Shown here: positions 25,228 to 37,049 of the stretch, one piece after another
Numbering within the stretch: position 1 is the stretch's first letter
How the letters are laid out: the number at the start of each line of letters is the position of its first letter
Source of the DNA: Sminthopsis crassicaudata
Lineage: Eukaryota
Assembly (NCBI RefSeq): GCF_048593235.1
Contig: NC_133618.1
Location: 534,474,465 to 534,538,464, forward strand
Length of the DNA: 64,000 nt
Direction: 5' to 3'
The notes under the pieces: generated by a model
What the model saw: only the letters and a program-made list of their open reading frames with translations
What the model was told of the DNA's origin: nothing
Database searches by the model: none
Made by a program: the position numbers and the translations under genes

Positions 25228-25900
25228 GAAGAAAGAGAGAGGGAGGGAATGGGAGGGCGACGGGAAAGAGGGAGTAGGGAGAGAAAGACACACAGGAAAA
25301 GGGACAGACTTGGAAAAGGAGAGAAAAACAGTCAGAAAGGCACAGAGACGAGACAGATACAGACACCAGGCAGAGAAAAGAGCAAAACGAGAGGAGGAGA
25401 GAGTGGAGAGGAGGCAGAATCTGAAAAATACACAGGGAAAAGGGGGGAGGGGGAAAGAGAAAAATAATCTGAAGAGAGAGGAAAGGGGGAAAGAAGGAAA
25501 GAGAAACAAGGAGAAAAGGATACATAGAAAAGGGTAGACTTGAAAATGAGGGACAAAAAGAGGAGAGAAATAATTTGAGGAGAAAGGAAAAAGATGAAGA
25601 GTGGGAAAGGAAGACAGGGAGAGAAGGGTACATAAAAAAGGATGGATTTTGAAAAAGAGAAAGAGAGAGAAAGCACATGATGAGAGAAGTACTTACATGC
25701 AGGCAAAGAGACAGACTCGAAAAGCAAGGAGAGAGGAAGAGAAACAGACATATAGAGAATTAGGCAAGAAAGGAGAAGAAAAAGGGAGAAGAAAAGTAGA
25801 TGAGAAGGAAGAGAGAAAAGATGCATTAGGGAAAGATAGAGGAAAATAAACTCAAAAGGGAGGAAGGAGATCAAGAGATGTTCAAAAGAGAGAGGGAACA
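25228..25900. repeat. Long purine-rich (GA) tract
   Basis: About 670 bp dominated by A/G. Confidence 0.9.
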
Positions 25901-26218
25901 ATGGAAGACAAAAATTTGACTCTAAAGCCCTGACCTTGTGGATTTCCCTCAGAATATGCCCTTGGTTGGGAGAGAAAGGAAGGGGGCAGAACTGCAGGTA
26001 GATGATTGCATTCACTTCTAATTCAGACAGATCCTTGTGAGTCCCAGAAATCCTATGGCTCCAGAAGACCTAATGTTTCCTAGGGAGGATCCATTGAGGA
26101 AGGGACTGAAATTGGATTTCAACACTGGATCATTTTCAGGCAGAGAGAGGAAGGTAATGTGCCCTCATTCTTGTCTACTTTCAATACCTAGAAAAGGACT
26201 TTCTTTAAAAAAAAAAAA

Positions 26219-26580
26219 TTTTAATAGAATCTTATTTTTCCAAATACATGCAAAAATACTTTTCAACATTCACCCTTGCAAAACCTTGACTCCCAAATTT
26301 TTCTCCCTCTCTCCCCATTCTAAGATAGCAAGCAATCTGACATAGGCTAAACATGTGCAATCTTCTAAACTATGTTTATTAACTATGTTTATTAAACTAT
26401 GTTCATATTCTTCATGCTGAACAAGAAAAATCAGATCCAAAGGGGTAAAAAGCACTAGGGAAAAAAACCAAACAATTACACCAACAAAAAGATGGAAATA
26501 CTATGTATGCTTTAATCTACATTCAGTCTCCATAATCTTTCTCTGGATGCAAATGACACTTTACATCACAAATGTGATGT
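26219..26580 (-). mobile_element. L1 3' UTR
   Basis: Antisense TTATTTTTCCAAATACATGCAAA...TTCAACATTCACCCTTGCAAAACC. Confidence 0.85.
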
Positions 26581-27369
26581 TGACCAAATTTCAAAAACAC
26601 AAATTTCATCACAATGACCTATTGTAGGTCAACAGAGGTCAGTGAAAGCCTAATCATTTAGTGGGAGAGATAATCTTTTTATCTCATGGACCTTTTTAAA
26701 TCATCTGATGCAGCCCTGGGGACCTCAATGTCTTGGTTCCATTTCTGAAGACTGCCAACATTCCAAGAAACTTTCTTTGCTTCAGTTCTTTCTCTCTGTG
26801 AGAATTAGACATAAATCTATTTGATCTATTTTTTTTCCTCCTGCTTTCCATGAAGGGATGGATTATGGTAAAGTTATAACGCTGGCCAAGTTATCACTTG
26901 TACATCCCTAGCACATTTCTACTCTCCCTCACTTAGCCACCTAGTATTGTCATGCTGTCAGTTTGTCAGAAATTAGCTCCTTCAGCATTCCTGACAATGC
27001 AGTACTAGACCTAGGTTTGGAGTGGGAATTGGAGAATGAATGAATGCACACATGCAATGTATGAATGAAGAGCTTAAGGTAGAATGTCAAGCATTAATGA
27101 GAGATTTTCCATTAAAATCCTATTCTGATGCTTTACCTGATTTACCTGAAAAGCATTCTGATGTATGTTTTTAGGATTTTCAAAGACTATACCAACCAAG
27201 CATGCACTCTGGCAGGTCTGATTAAACTAAAAAGACTTCAAGTGTAGACCTGTATATGGATTATATATGGGTTGTCTGAGGAGCAGCCTTCCTAAGCATG
27301 GAAAGGTTCATCACCCGGCTGTTGGATGGCAGTGGATTGTTTCCAGTTTGGAGCTCATGAAATCTAGAT

Positions 27370-28260
27370 ATTGAGGACATAGACATAGACACCGATATAG
27401 AAATAGGTTAGATATAGCTAGATGTAGAGATAGATACATATAAATGTGGGCATGGATATAGACATAGACATATGAATGAGTTATAGAGAACCTAAATGTA
27501 TAGATTAAATATAGGTGTATAGATAAGGGTAGGGGTAGATCTATATAAATATATATGTGTATATATAAATATAAATGTGGGTATGGATATGGACATAGAT
27601 GTTGATATATATAGATTATAGATATAAATGTAGGAATAACTATATATAAATGTAGTTATAGATATAAGTATAGATGTTGATATATAGATTAGATATAACA
27701 GATGGGATAGGTATATATACATATAAGCATGAATATGGATATAGACAGATAGTGATATGTGGATTATAGATATAGCTATAGGAATAATTACATATAAATA
27801 TAAATGTGATTATGGATATAAATGTAGATATTGATGTATAGAATAGAGATATAATTAGAGAATATAAGTATATATAAATATAAATGTGGGTATAGATATA
27901 AATATTGATATAGATTAGATGTAGATATAGATAGATGTATGGATAAATATATATGAATCTAAATGTGGATAGGGATATAGATATAAACATTGAAATATAG
28001 ATTGGATATAGATATATAGAAGAGGATAGAAGTAGGAGTAGTCATATATACATATGCGTATGGATATAGATATAGACAAATGGATATAGATAAATAAAGG
28101 CTATCAACATTCCAAGAAACTCTCTTTGAATATCAACATAGGTATATGGAGATCTAGAGAGATGTAAGAATAGATATTGTCATAGGTGTATGTAAATATG
28201 GATGTAGGTATGGATAGAGATGTAGACATAGATAAGATATAGGATAGATCTGTAGATATG
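27370..28260. repeat. Degenerate AT-rich minisatellite (ATATAAATGTGGGTATGGATATAGAT-like units)
   Basis: Unit variants at about 27436, 27564, 27625, 27790 and 27870. Confidence 0.85.
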
Positions 28261-28401
28261 GAGCCGGAAGACTCTGCAGAAGACACCCGGTACAATCTTT
28301 TTATAACTCAGGAAATTGGAGCCTAGGAAACCAATTGCCCCAAATCTCATACAACAATAAGCTTCAAGACGGGAAAGGTATCCAAGTCATAGGACTATAG
28401 G

Positions 28402-28668
28402 TTTAGATCTAGAAAGGATTTTTGTTGTTGTTTAATTGTTCAGTCACAGCAGACTCTTCATGACCCCACAGACCATCACACACCAATAATATCCATGGGG
28501 TTTTCTTGGCAATGACACTCAGCCAGTTTGCCATTTCCTTCTCCAATGGTTTAAGACAAATGACTTGCACAGGATCACACAGACTGTAGTGTCTAAGACC
28601 AGATTTGAACTCAGCTCTTCCTGACTCCAGTCCCAATGCTCTATCCACTGTACCACCTAGTTGCTTCC
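28402..28668 (-). mobile_element. Mar1-type SINE
   Basis: Antisense tail TTTGCCATTTCCTTCTCC and head CTCTATCCACTGTACCACCTAGTTGC. Confidence 0.85.
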
Positions 28669-29159
28669 AATTTTACCTATGAAAATTAAGGTAAACTGAG
28701 AGATAAGGTCCCAAGCATGATCAATTTATTAGTTAGGCTGGCAGTAACCGATAAATTGGGTCAATGGCCTCTTTCAATGTCCAAAAGCCAAAAGGGATTT
28801 CAGAAACCATCTAATTCATCCCCTTCACTTTACAGATAAGGAAATTGAGATTCAGGGAGGCTAATGATTGCTTAAATTCACTCAAGAAGCAAGTCTCAGA
28901 GACAGACTATGACTACTCCTCTAATTCAAGTGTGCAAACTTTCTGCAAGATTGTCACAATGACAAAAGGATACTGGAAGCAATGACAATAACAACTGTCA
29001 TTTACACAGAATTCCAACATTAAAAATCTTGTGAGGAGGATCCTGAAGATAATGTAGATCTCTGTATCATGGAAGCTAAAGGAGAAATGATTTGGCAGGG
29101 TCACATAGTTAGTAAATATAGGAATTATAAGTCCTGAGTTTGAATTAGTGCTTATACTG

Positions 29160-29370
29160 GGCCTGGAGTCAGGAAGCTCTGAGTTCAGCTTTGATCTCAG
29201 ACATTCAACTACTTGTTTTCCTCAGTTTTCTCACCTTAAAATGGGGGTAATAACAGTACCTCTTTCCCATGGTTGTTGTTAGCATGAAATGAAATAATAT
29301 TTATGAAGTGCTTAGCACAGTGCTGGCACATAGTATGAACTATAAGAATACCAGTTATCATCATCATCTG
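29160..29370 (+). mobile_element. MIR
   Basis: GGCCTGGAGTCAGGAAG...CTCAGTTTTCTCACCTTAAAATGGGG...AAGTGCTTAGCACAGTGCTGGCACATAG. Confidence 0.75.
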
Positions 29371-29995
29371 TATTGATCTGCGCTTCCTATCAAAAATAAC
29401 TGAATTTTTAAAGAAGTAGAGAAGACATCTTTGGGTGGAAAGGTCTTCCCAAGGCAAATAGTACCATCTGAGTGACTATATTCTTTTTCCCTATCTAGAG
29501 TCAATTCTCTTCAAAGAGAAACCCCAAGGGGGAGAGAAGGTTCTATTGAAAGGAGGTTAAGCAAAGCCACAGACTGAGCTTCATCCTCTGGTTCTTCTTT
29601 CCGGCTCCCCCAGAGCGGTTTGCCAGAGAGGATGTTCTGCTTGAGGGTACCCTTTCTAATCAGGATCAGGCCAGTGGTCTGACCTCCCTGATGGGCAGTC
29701 AATAAGTGACCCAGAGAGACCCTGCAAGAGAATTTCCTCCTGCTGAAAACCAGGATGTGGCTTTTTCTCCTCCCAGGCTCTGAATTATTCATACACTGAA
29801 AACACTATTAATAAATAATAGATCACAGGGAAGCAAAAGGTAGGATTGGACAGTTTGCTTCAGTCTGAGTTTTATTCCCCACATGTCTGGGCCTTGGTTA
29901 TTTTCCCTACAAATCCTCAGTGTATGACCTACACCGTTTGCATTTTCATAGAAGCAGCTGGATTTCATTATGAACAAATCTAAGAAGCAGACAGA

Positions 29996-29997
<2 letters not shown>

Positions 29998-30032
<35 letters not shown>
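29998..30032. repeat. (CA)n microsatellite
   Basis: Perfect dinucleotide run. Confidence 0.95.
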
Positions 30033-30034
<2 letters not shown>

Positions 30035-31112
30035 AGGATCAGAACCTTAATTCTTCCTTCATCAAAATAGTATGAAATGATGGAACGAGTCTAACACTTG
30101 AAGGTGAGACCTCTACTAAAATCCTGGTTCTAATACTTACGTGGTAGCTATGGATATGGATATGGGTATAGATATAGATATGGATATGGATGAAGGGATA
30201 GAGCTAGGGAGAGGTATAAATATATAGATATAGATAAATGTGGGTGTGGGTGTGCCCATCTGTAATGCTAAAGGAGTTTCACCCCTGGAAATTCCTTATA
30301 CTAATTAAATTATATTTCCTGACCTCCTCCCATCCTTCTCCACCACCACCACCCCCACCAAAAAAAGGGGGGGGGAGATGAAAATACTTATAGTACCAAT
30401 TTCACAAGGTTGTGAAAATGTGATTTTCAAATCTTAGAGGAATATATAAACATGAGCTATTGTTGCTCTAATAAGAAATTAAAACATGGTCCTTGTCCTT
30501 CGGTCCTTAGAAATTTTACATGATAATTTTGTTGTATATTTGGAGAGAATAGCAAGTTATACATGGTAGATTTGCAGTTTCATGTGCAATGATCTTTTTT
30601 ATTGTTATGTGTTGTGGAAATGCTTGATTTATTCTGTGACTTGAAAGTAAAATAATTTTTAAAAAATTAATTAAATACTAAAGTCCTATAGTTGGAAGGG
30701 TCCTTAGAAGTCATTTAACCCATTTTACAGATGAGGAAACTGAGGTCCAGGAAGGGGAAGTGATTTTTGCTTAATCATCAAAAGCAAGACTGAACCAATT
30801 CTAAATAAATTTGTAGTATTTCCTGACTTGTGAGATATAAAAGCTCATAGTGAAATTTTAACTATAGGATTTTCCCATTAGAGGTAGTTCCAGCACATTC
30901 CTTGGTCTTATAGTAATTAATGATCTTCCCCATCCCATTATAATTTCTATTCTCCTTAGCTCTGCTCTTAATTTTGAATTTCCCTCCCAATTTGCTTTTA
31001 GAATAATTATTGTATTTGAACTTTCTCTAGCTCTTCATTCATTTCTTACAAATGTTACCTAATGAGAACACCAATAACAGCCAATGGGCTAGCAGCTTCT
31101 CTGCAACTTATA

Positions 31113-31260
31113 TCTTTTTTTTTCTGAGGCAATTGGGATTAAGCGACTTGCCCAGGGTCACACAACTAAGAAATGTTAAGTGTCCAAGACCAGATTTGAA
31201 CTCAGGTCCTCCTGACTTCAGAGCTGGTGCTCTACCCACTGCTCCAACTAGCTGTCCCTG
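31113..31260 (-). mobile_element. WSINE1-type SINE
   Basis: T tail plus CTGAGGCAATTGGGATTAAG...CTAGCTGTCCC; TSD AACTTATA at 31105-31112 and 31262-31269. Confidence 0.9.
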
Positions 31261-32059
31261 TAACTTATAATCTTAAGGAGCATCTAGGACGTCAAGAAGT
31301 GACAAGTCTAGTGTCATACAATCATATACATTGAAAGCAGAACTTGAACCCAGTTCTTTCTCACTTCAAGGATGTCTTTCTATCCATGCTTCTCTCATCA
31401 AAAATAAGTAATAGAAGTGTTATTAACTATTATTTACATATGAGGAAACTGATAATGATCAGAAGATTAAGTGATATGCCCAAAGTCACATAATTATTAA
31501 GTAGGAGAGCTGTATTCAAAACCCCAGGGGGGGGCTTTTTCTGCATATACCATAGCTATCCCCCTAGAGTCCAGTGTTTTGAATAAGGACCTACCACTGA
31601 TTGGCTCTGTTAACTGTACAAATAACTTAGCCCTATTTTACATCTAAGGAAATGAAAGCCCAAAGAAGCTTTCAAAGATAGTCATCCTTGCCCTATCTGC
31701 TGAGGTCATTGTGATGATCTGATGAGTTAAAAATCATAGAATTATGGAGCAAGAAGAACTCTCAGAGAATATCAGGTCCAACTTCTTCACTTTACAAATG
31801 AGGAAACCCGTGGGTTTAAATGGCTTGTCCTTTCAGGGAAGATGGGAACATAGGGATTAGATGATAGGGAGATTCTAGACTTTAAACTGAAACAGCCAGA
31901 ACTGGCTGAACCACTGGTCTCAGTAAGTGTTGGTCCATGGTAGCCTGAAGGGAGGTCTCGGAGTACCCCAGGGTCTATGTTCAACAAAACAGAATTTATA
32001 AATGACTTGGATGATGGCAGACACATCGCATTTATCTAATTTGCTTTGTACATTGTAGC

Positions 32060-32670
32060 CAACTAAAAAATTGTCCTAGAATTGAATGGCATGAAGTTGG
32101 GAGGAAAAGCTAATAAATGATAAAATTCGGATCCAAAAACTCAACAGAGACTTGAATGATGGGTCAAATCTAATAAAATTAAATTTAAGAGGGATGAATT
32201 CCTGAATCTGGATTCAATAAATCAACCAGCACAAGATGAAAGAGAGATGACTACAAAGCGATTCATGTGAAAAGGCCCTGGAGTATTTTAGTAGACTGGA
32301 AGGTGAATATGAGTAAGCAATTTTACTTTATGGGCAAAAAAGCTGATAGAATCTTGTGCTCCATTAACAGAAGCACAAGTATATAAAAATGTAGTGTCAC
32401 CAGTCCCAAAAATTTTCTTGACCTACTTTCCTGATTACTAGAAGATTACTAGAAGAGAGAATAGATGCACAGGGTAAGTCATGGAAGAAAAATTGGATCA
32501 GGTACCAGTTGCAAGAATAAATTGAGTTCAAAATGAGAAAATGATGGTTCTACTGTATTCCGACTGGTCAAAGAAAACATGGAATACTGTGTTCAGCTCT
32601 GACTACACATATATAGACACTTACTGATTGGAGTACATCCAGAGGAAAGTGACCAGGATAGTGAAGGACT
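32060..32670 (+). mobile_element. L3/CR1 ORF2 3' fragment, interrupted at about 32380-32528
   Basis: CR1 motifs ATGTGAAAAGGCCCTGG...GTAGACTG...AATATGAGT; GAATACTGTGTTCAGCTCTG; GGAGTACATCCAGAGGAAAGTGACCAGGATAGTGAAGG. Confidence 0.8.
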
Positions 32671-33694
32671 CTGCCCTAAAAGGAAATGAATTAGGTTTAA
32701 AAGAGAGTTATGCTCAAAGTCTTCCAATATCAATATGTTTCTTTGTAGAAAAGGAACTTAATCTTTTGGAACAAACATAGTTTCACCAAGTAATAGTAAA
32801 GTAAAAAACTAGGAATACATCATTAGATTTGCTGATTGCAATTGAAAGTGATTTACCTCTAGATGGCACCTATGAAATAAATAACATTCAAAAGTAGAAT
32901 CAAAAGGCCTTTCATGAATGACAGCTACATGAACTTAATCAGCAATATATTGATTATGAGAAGTGTTGAACAAATGGCTGAGTCATGGAGATTTGTTTAT
33001 AGAAACAGAGGGAATTAGGGATAGAGTCATACTTACCAAAAATTACAAACAAATTGTCTTCAAGGAGCTTCAACTTACAAAACAATGTAGAGTATACAAG
33101 GGAATAGTAGAAATTACTCAACATGTTTTTTACAAGCCACCTACCAAATTTAGCCCCTACCAAAAACCTAGTAATGACCCGATGGCTAGAGTTAAAGATC
33201 ATCATTATTTTTCATAGACTAACAGATGACAAATTTTCACATTGCACATATAGATCTCTAGAAAATTCAACAAATAAGCTATACTTTAACTAGTCTATTA
33301 CCATAGAACTATTGCCTATAATTGCTCAGACATAGCATTGAACCATAAAAATTTAAGAACAATCTTAACAGATATTGTTAGAACAAATACTGAATCTCCA
33401 AGTTATGAAATTAAAAACTTTCAAAATATAGAGACTTAGAAAAAGAAATCAAAATAATGTGGGAGCAGGATAAATCACATACTATCCTCATCTTCCAGTC
33501 TTCTACAAGAATTGTTCTAAAGACACTTTCAGTAAACTGAAAATGAGATAACATTTATTCAATTGCAAGAAATTATTTTTATGCAACTATGCAATAGTCT
33601 AGAGAATAATAAATCTAAAAGACATGAGTATTTCTGCCTAACTTGATAAAACAAATTATTAGTTATTAATATAAATAATTATAATAACAATAAT
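32670..33694 (+). mobile_element. Dong/R4-clade non-LTR retrotransposon fossil (post-RT region, CCHC knuckle, RLE endonuclease, 3' tail); possibly Mam_R4-like
   Basis: Collinear across three frames: NQKAFH...IDYEK (32898-32963); NKWLSHGDLFIETEG-IRDRVILTKNYK (32969-33050); QCRVYKGIVEITQHV (33083-33127); LPNLAPTK; LENSTNKLYFN (33258); TIAYNCSDIAL...LTDI (33308-33375); KLSKYRDLEKEIKIMW (33415-33462); IQLQEII; then an AAT-rich tail. Confidence 0.88.
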
Positions 33695-33728
33695 GGGTGG
33701 CACAGTAACATTAAGAATAATGGACTTG

Positions 33729-34919
33729 CAAAGGATATGAACAGACAACAAAGGATATGAACAGATGATGAAATTGAAACTATTTCTACTCATATGAGTG
33801 TTCCAAATCACTATTGATCAGAGAAATGCAAATTAAGATAACTCTGAGATACCACTACACACCTGTCAGATTGGCTAAGATGACAGGAAAAAATAATGAT
33901 TAATGTTGGAGGGGATGCAGGAAAACCAGGACACTGATATATTGTTGGTGGAGTTGTGAATGGTTCCAACCATTCTGGAGAGAAATCTGGAACTATGCCC
34001 AAAAAGTTATCGAACTATGCATACCCTTTGATCCAGCAGTGTTACTACTGGACTTATATCCCAAAGAAATACAAAAGAAGGGAAAGGGACCTGTATGTAC
34101 CAAAATTTTTTTTGCTGCCAAAAGGCAGCCCTTTTTGTAGTGGCTAGAAACTGGAAAATGAATGGATGTCCATCAATTGAAGAATGGTTCGGTAAATTAT
34201 GGTATGAATGTTATGGAATATTATTGTTCTGTAAGAAATGACCAGCAGGATGAATACAGAGAGGCTTGAAGAAACTTACATGAACTGATGCTGAGTGAAC
34301 CGATCAGAACTAGGAGATCATTATGCACTTCAACGACAATACTTTATGAGGATGTATTCTAATGGAAGTGGATATCTTCAACATAGAGAGGATCTAGTTC
34401 AGCTCCAATTGATCAAAGATGGACAGAATCAGCTACACCCAGAGAAGGAACACTGGGAAATGAGTGTAAACTGTTTGCACTTTTGTTTTTCTTCCCAGGT
34501 TAGTTTTACCTTCTGAATCCAATTCTTCCTGTGCAACAAGAGAACTGTTCAGTTCTGCACAAATATATTGTATCTAGGATATACTATAACATATTTAACA
34601 TGTATAAGACTGCCTGCCATCTAGAGGAGGGGGTGGAGAGAGGGAAGGGAAAAGTTGGAACAGAAGTGAGTGCAAGGGATTATGTAGTAAAAAATTACCT
34701 AGAGTGGCAGCTAGGTGGGGCAGTGGATAGAGTACCAGCCCTGAATTCAGGAGGACCCAAGTTCAAATTTGATCTCAGACACTTAACACTTCCTAGCTGT
34801 GTGACCCTGGGCAAGTCACTTAACCCCAGCCTCAGGGGGGAAAAATTATCTAGACATATGTTCTGTCAATAAAAAGTTATAATTTAAAAAAATAAAGAAA
34901 GAGAAAAAGGGGGGAAAAA
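33729..34919 (+). mobile_element. Young 5'-truncated L1 (ORF2 C-terminus plus 3' UTR)
   Basis: KDMNR...SKSLLIREMQIKITLRYHYTPVRLAKM...CWRGC; A-rich tail; TSD AATAATGGACTTG (33716-33728) / AATGATGGACCTG (34920-34932). Confidence 0.95.
34704..34845 (+). mobile_element. WSINE1-type SINE inside the L1 3' UTR
   Basis: TSD AAAAATTACCTAGA (34690-34703) / AAAAATTATCTAGA (34841-34854). Confidence 0.92.
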
Positions 34920-35867
34920 AATGATGGACCTGGAGTCAGCAGGACCTGGATTCAATTCCTACTTCAGGATCCTGGACAAATCATGAACTTCTGTAAACCT
35001 CAATTTCCTCATCTTTAAAATGGGGGAAATAATAGCATTTATCTCACAGGGATATTGTAAAAATGGGGGAGCTACACTTAAAGTGCTTTGCAAACTTTAA
35101 AGTATTAGATAAATATTAATTAACTAGAAGCTTCTAGGTAGTACAGTAGGATAAAGCAGTTGGAAGTCTGAGTTCAAATCCAGACTCAGATACTTATTAG
35201 CTGTATGATCCTAAGCAAGTCACTGAACCTCAGTTTACCCTAATCCACTAGATTAAGATTGCCAAGAAAACCCCTATGAGGATACACATTGTTGTATGAA
35301 TAACAATAATTTTTAACCATTATCATATCAACTTGTCCAATGAGTCACTATCTAAACTCCTCAAAAAAGTAGATAAAAAAGAATAAGATGACATTTTTAC
35401 CATCATTAAAAAGTTGACATTTATATAATAAATAAGATTTATTAAGAGTAAAAGGTTTGCAAAATGCTTCACATATTATCTCATGAAAGCTTCACAACAA
35501 CCTGGTAAAATGGAGACCATAAAGAGACCTATTTTAGAAAGAATTAATGAAGGGCTGGTGATCACACAGACTGTGAGTGTCAGAGAAAGGGTGAGTGTGC
35601 ACCCATTTTCAGGCCCTGATTGCCCCTTTGCTCATGTGTAGTGAATTCCTTCAGAGTTTAGGTGACTAATTATGAGACATCCTGCAGAAGGGATTCCTTT
35701 TAAGGTTCTAGTTGGGCCAGATTGATTTTTTTAGAAACCCAGAATGGTCCCTGCTAATAAGAAAAACAATACAAGGTATTTAACATCAGATTCAGGACCG
35801 CAACTTAGTTCAAGACTTTTATCTATTCTAAACTAGTTACCAAAAATAAAATAAAAACTACTGAATA

Positions 35868-36568
35868 AACTAATCCAGCAGCATGTCTACTGGGCCTGTA
35901 TCCCAAAGAGATCATAAAAAAGGGAAAAGGACCTTTGATTGTAGCAGCCCTTTTTGTAGTGGCAAGGAACTGGAAACTGAGTAAATACCCATCAGTTGGA
36001 GAATGACTAAGTTATATTATATGAATACTATGGAATATTATTCTTCTGTAAGAAATGACCAGGATGATTTCAGAAAGGCCTGGAGAGACTTATAAGAACT
36101 GATGCTAAGTGGAGTAGAAGCAAAAGAACATTGTACACAACAACAAGACTATGTGATGATCAATTCTGATGGATGTGGCTCTTTTCAACAGCAAGGTGAT
36201 TCAGACCAGTTCCAGTGGTCTTGTGATGGAGAGAGCCATCTGCACCCAGAGAGAGACTGTGGAGACTGAGTGTGGACCACGACATAGTATTTTCACTCTT
36301 TTTGTTATTGTTGTTTTTTTGCATTTTTTTTCTTTCTCATTTTTTCCCTTTTGATCTGATTTTTCCTATGCAGCATGATCGTTGTGGAAATATGTATAGA
36401 AGAATAGCACATGTTTAACATATATTGGATTATTTGCTATGTAAGGTAGGGATGTAAGGAATGAAGAGAAAAAATTGGAACACAAGATTTTACAAGAGTG
36501 AACATAGAAAATTATCTATGCATGTATTTTGAAAACAAAAAGCTTTAGTTAAAAAAAAGAAAGATTTT
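35868..36568 (+). mobile_element. 5'-truncated L1
   Basis: ORF2 tail plus 3' UTR; perfect 15-bp TSD AAAAACTACTGAATA at 35853-35867 and 36569-36583. Confidence 0.95.
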
Positions 36569-36649
36569 AAAAACTACTGAATACTAAAATACTAAAATAC
36601 TCATCACTATTTTTTCATGTTTTACCAATTAATTTTGTGGCAGATCATT

Positions 36650-36850
36650 AAGAATCATAAAATAAAATATTTAAATCTGAAAGGGACCTCAAAAGTCATT
36701 GAGTCCAATTCCTTTATTTTTTAGATGAGAGAAAAATGAGACTTACATAATTTGTCTTGGGGTCTCCTGGCTAGTGAACATCTGAAATAGAATTCCAACC
36801 TATCTTCCTGGCTCCAGGTTCAACTTGTTACCTATTTCACCTTACGGCCA
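36650..36850 (-). mobile_element. MIR-family SINE
   Basis: AAGGGACCTCAAAAGTCATTGAGTCCAA...TTTTAGATGAG...ATTCCAACCTATCTTCCTGGCTCC. Confidence 0.6.
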
Positions 36851-37049
36851 GCTATCCAGCATCATAGAGGATCACTGCAGGGTCTGCAATGGGCCTTTGA
36901 GGCCTTCTTGCTAGAATCCCCAAGGTCTGCTTTCAGCTCAGTCCCTGCCTGGCCCTCCTTCCAGGAGGAGTGCTGGGCTTCCCAGAACCAATCACCCTGG
37001 CCCAGGCACTGGAGGAGGAGATCACCTGACTGGCATTTTCATGCATAAT

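Larger units (their letters stand above)
33695..35115 (+). mobile_element. MIR split by an L1 (head 33695-33728, remainder 34920-35115)
   Basis: Head GGGTGGCACAGT...ATGGACTTG continues as GAGTCAGCAGGACCTGGATTC... after the L1. Confidence 0.7.

Noticed and set aside
25126-26015. Overlapping 111-227 aa ORFs
   Set aside because: Products of the GA-rich tract (Lys/Glu/Arg or Ser/Leu/Phe low complexity).
27370-28260. Repeat array as a CRISPR-like or coding repeat
   Set aside because: Eukaryotic DNA; the units are degenerate TA-derived with no constant repeat and unique spacer structure, and the Tyr/Ile-rich ORFs are compositional.
32748-32963. EKELN...IDYEK resembling Mononegavirales L pre-motif A and motif A (endogenous viral element idea)
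   Set aside because: No GRxF or GDNQ motif, and the same sequence is far better explained by many collinear R4/Dong motifs.
32963-33440. Gypsy/Ginger integrase reading of the 84-aa ORF
   Set aside because: The HHCC and DDE residues are not properly present; the R4 CCHC plus RLE interpretation fits in order and spacing.
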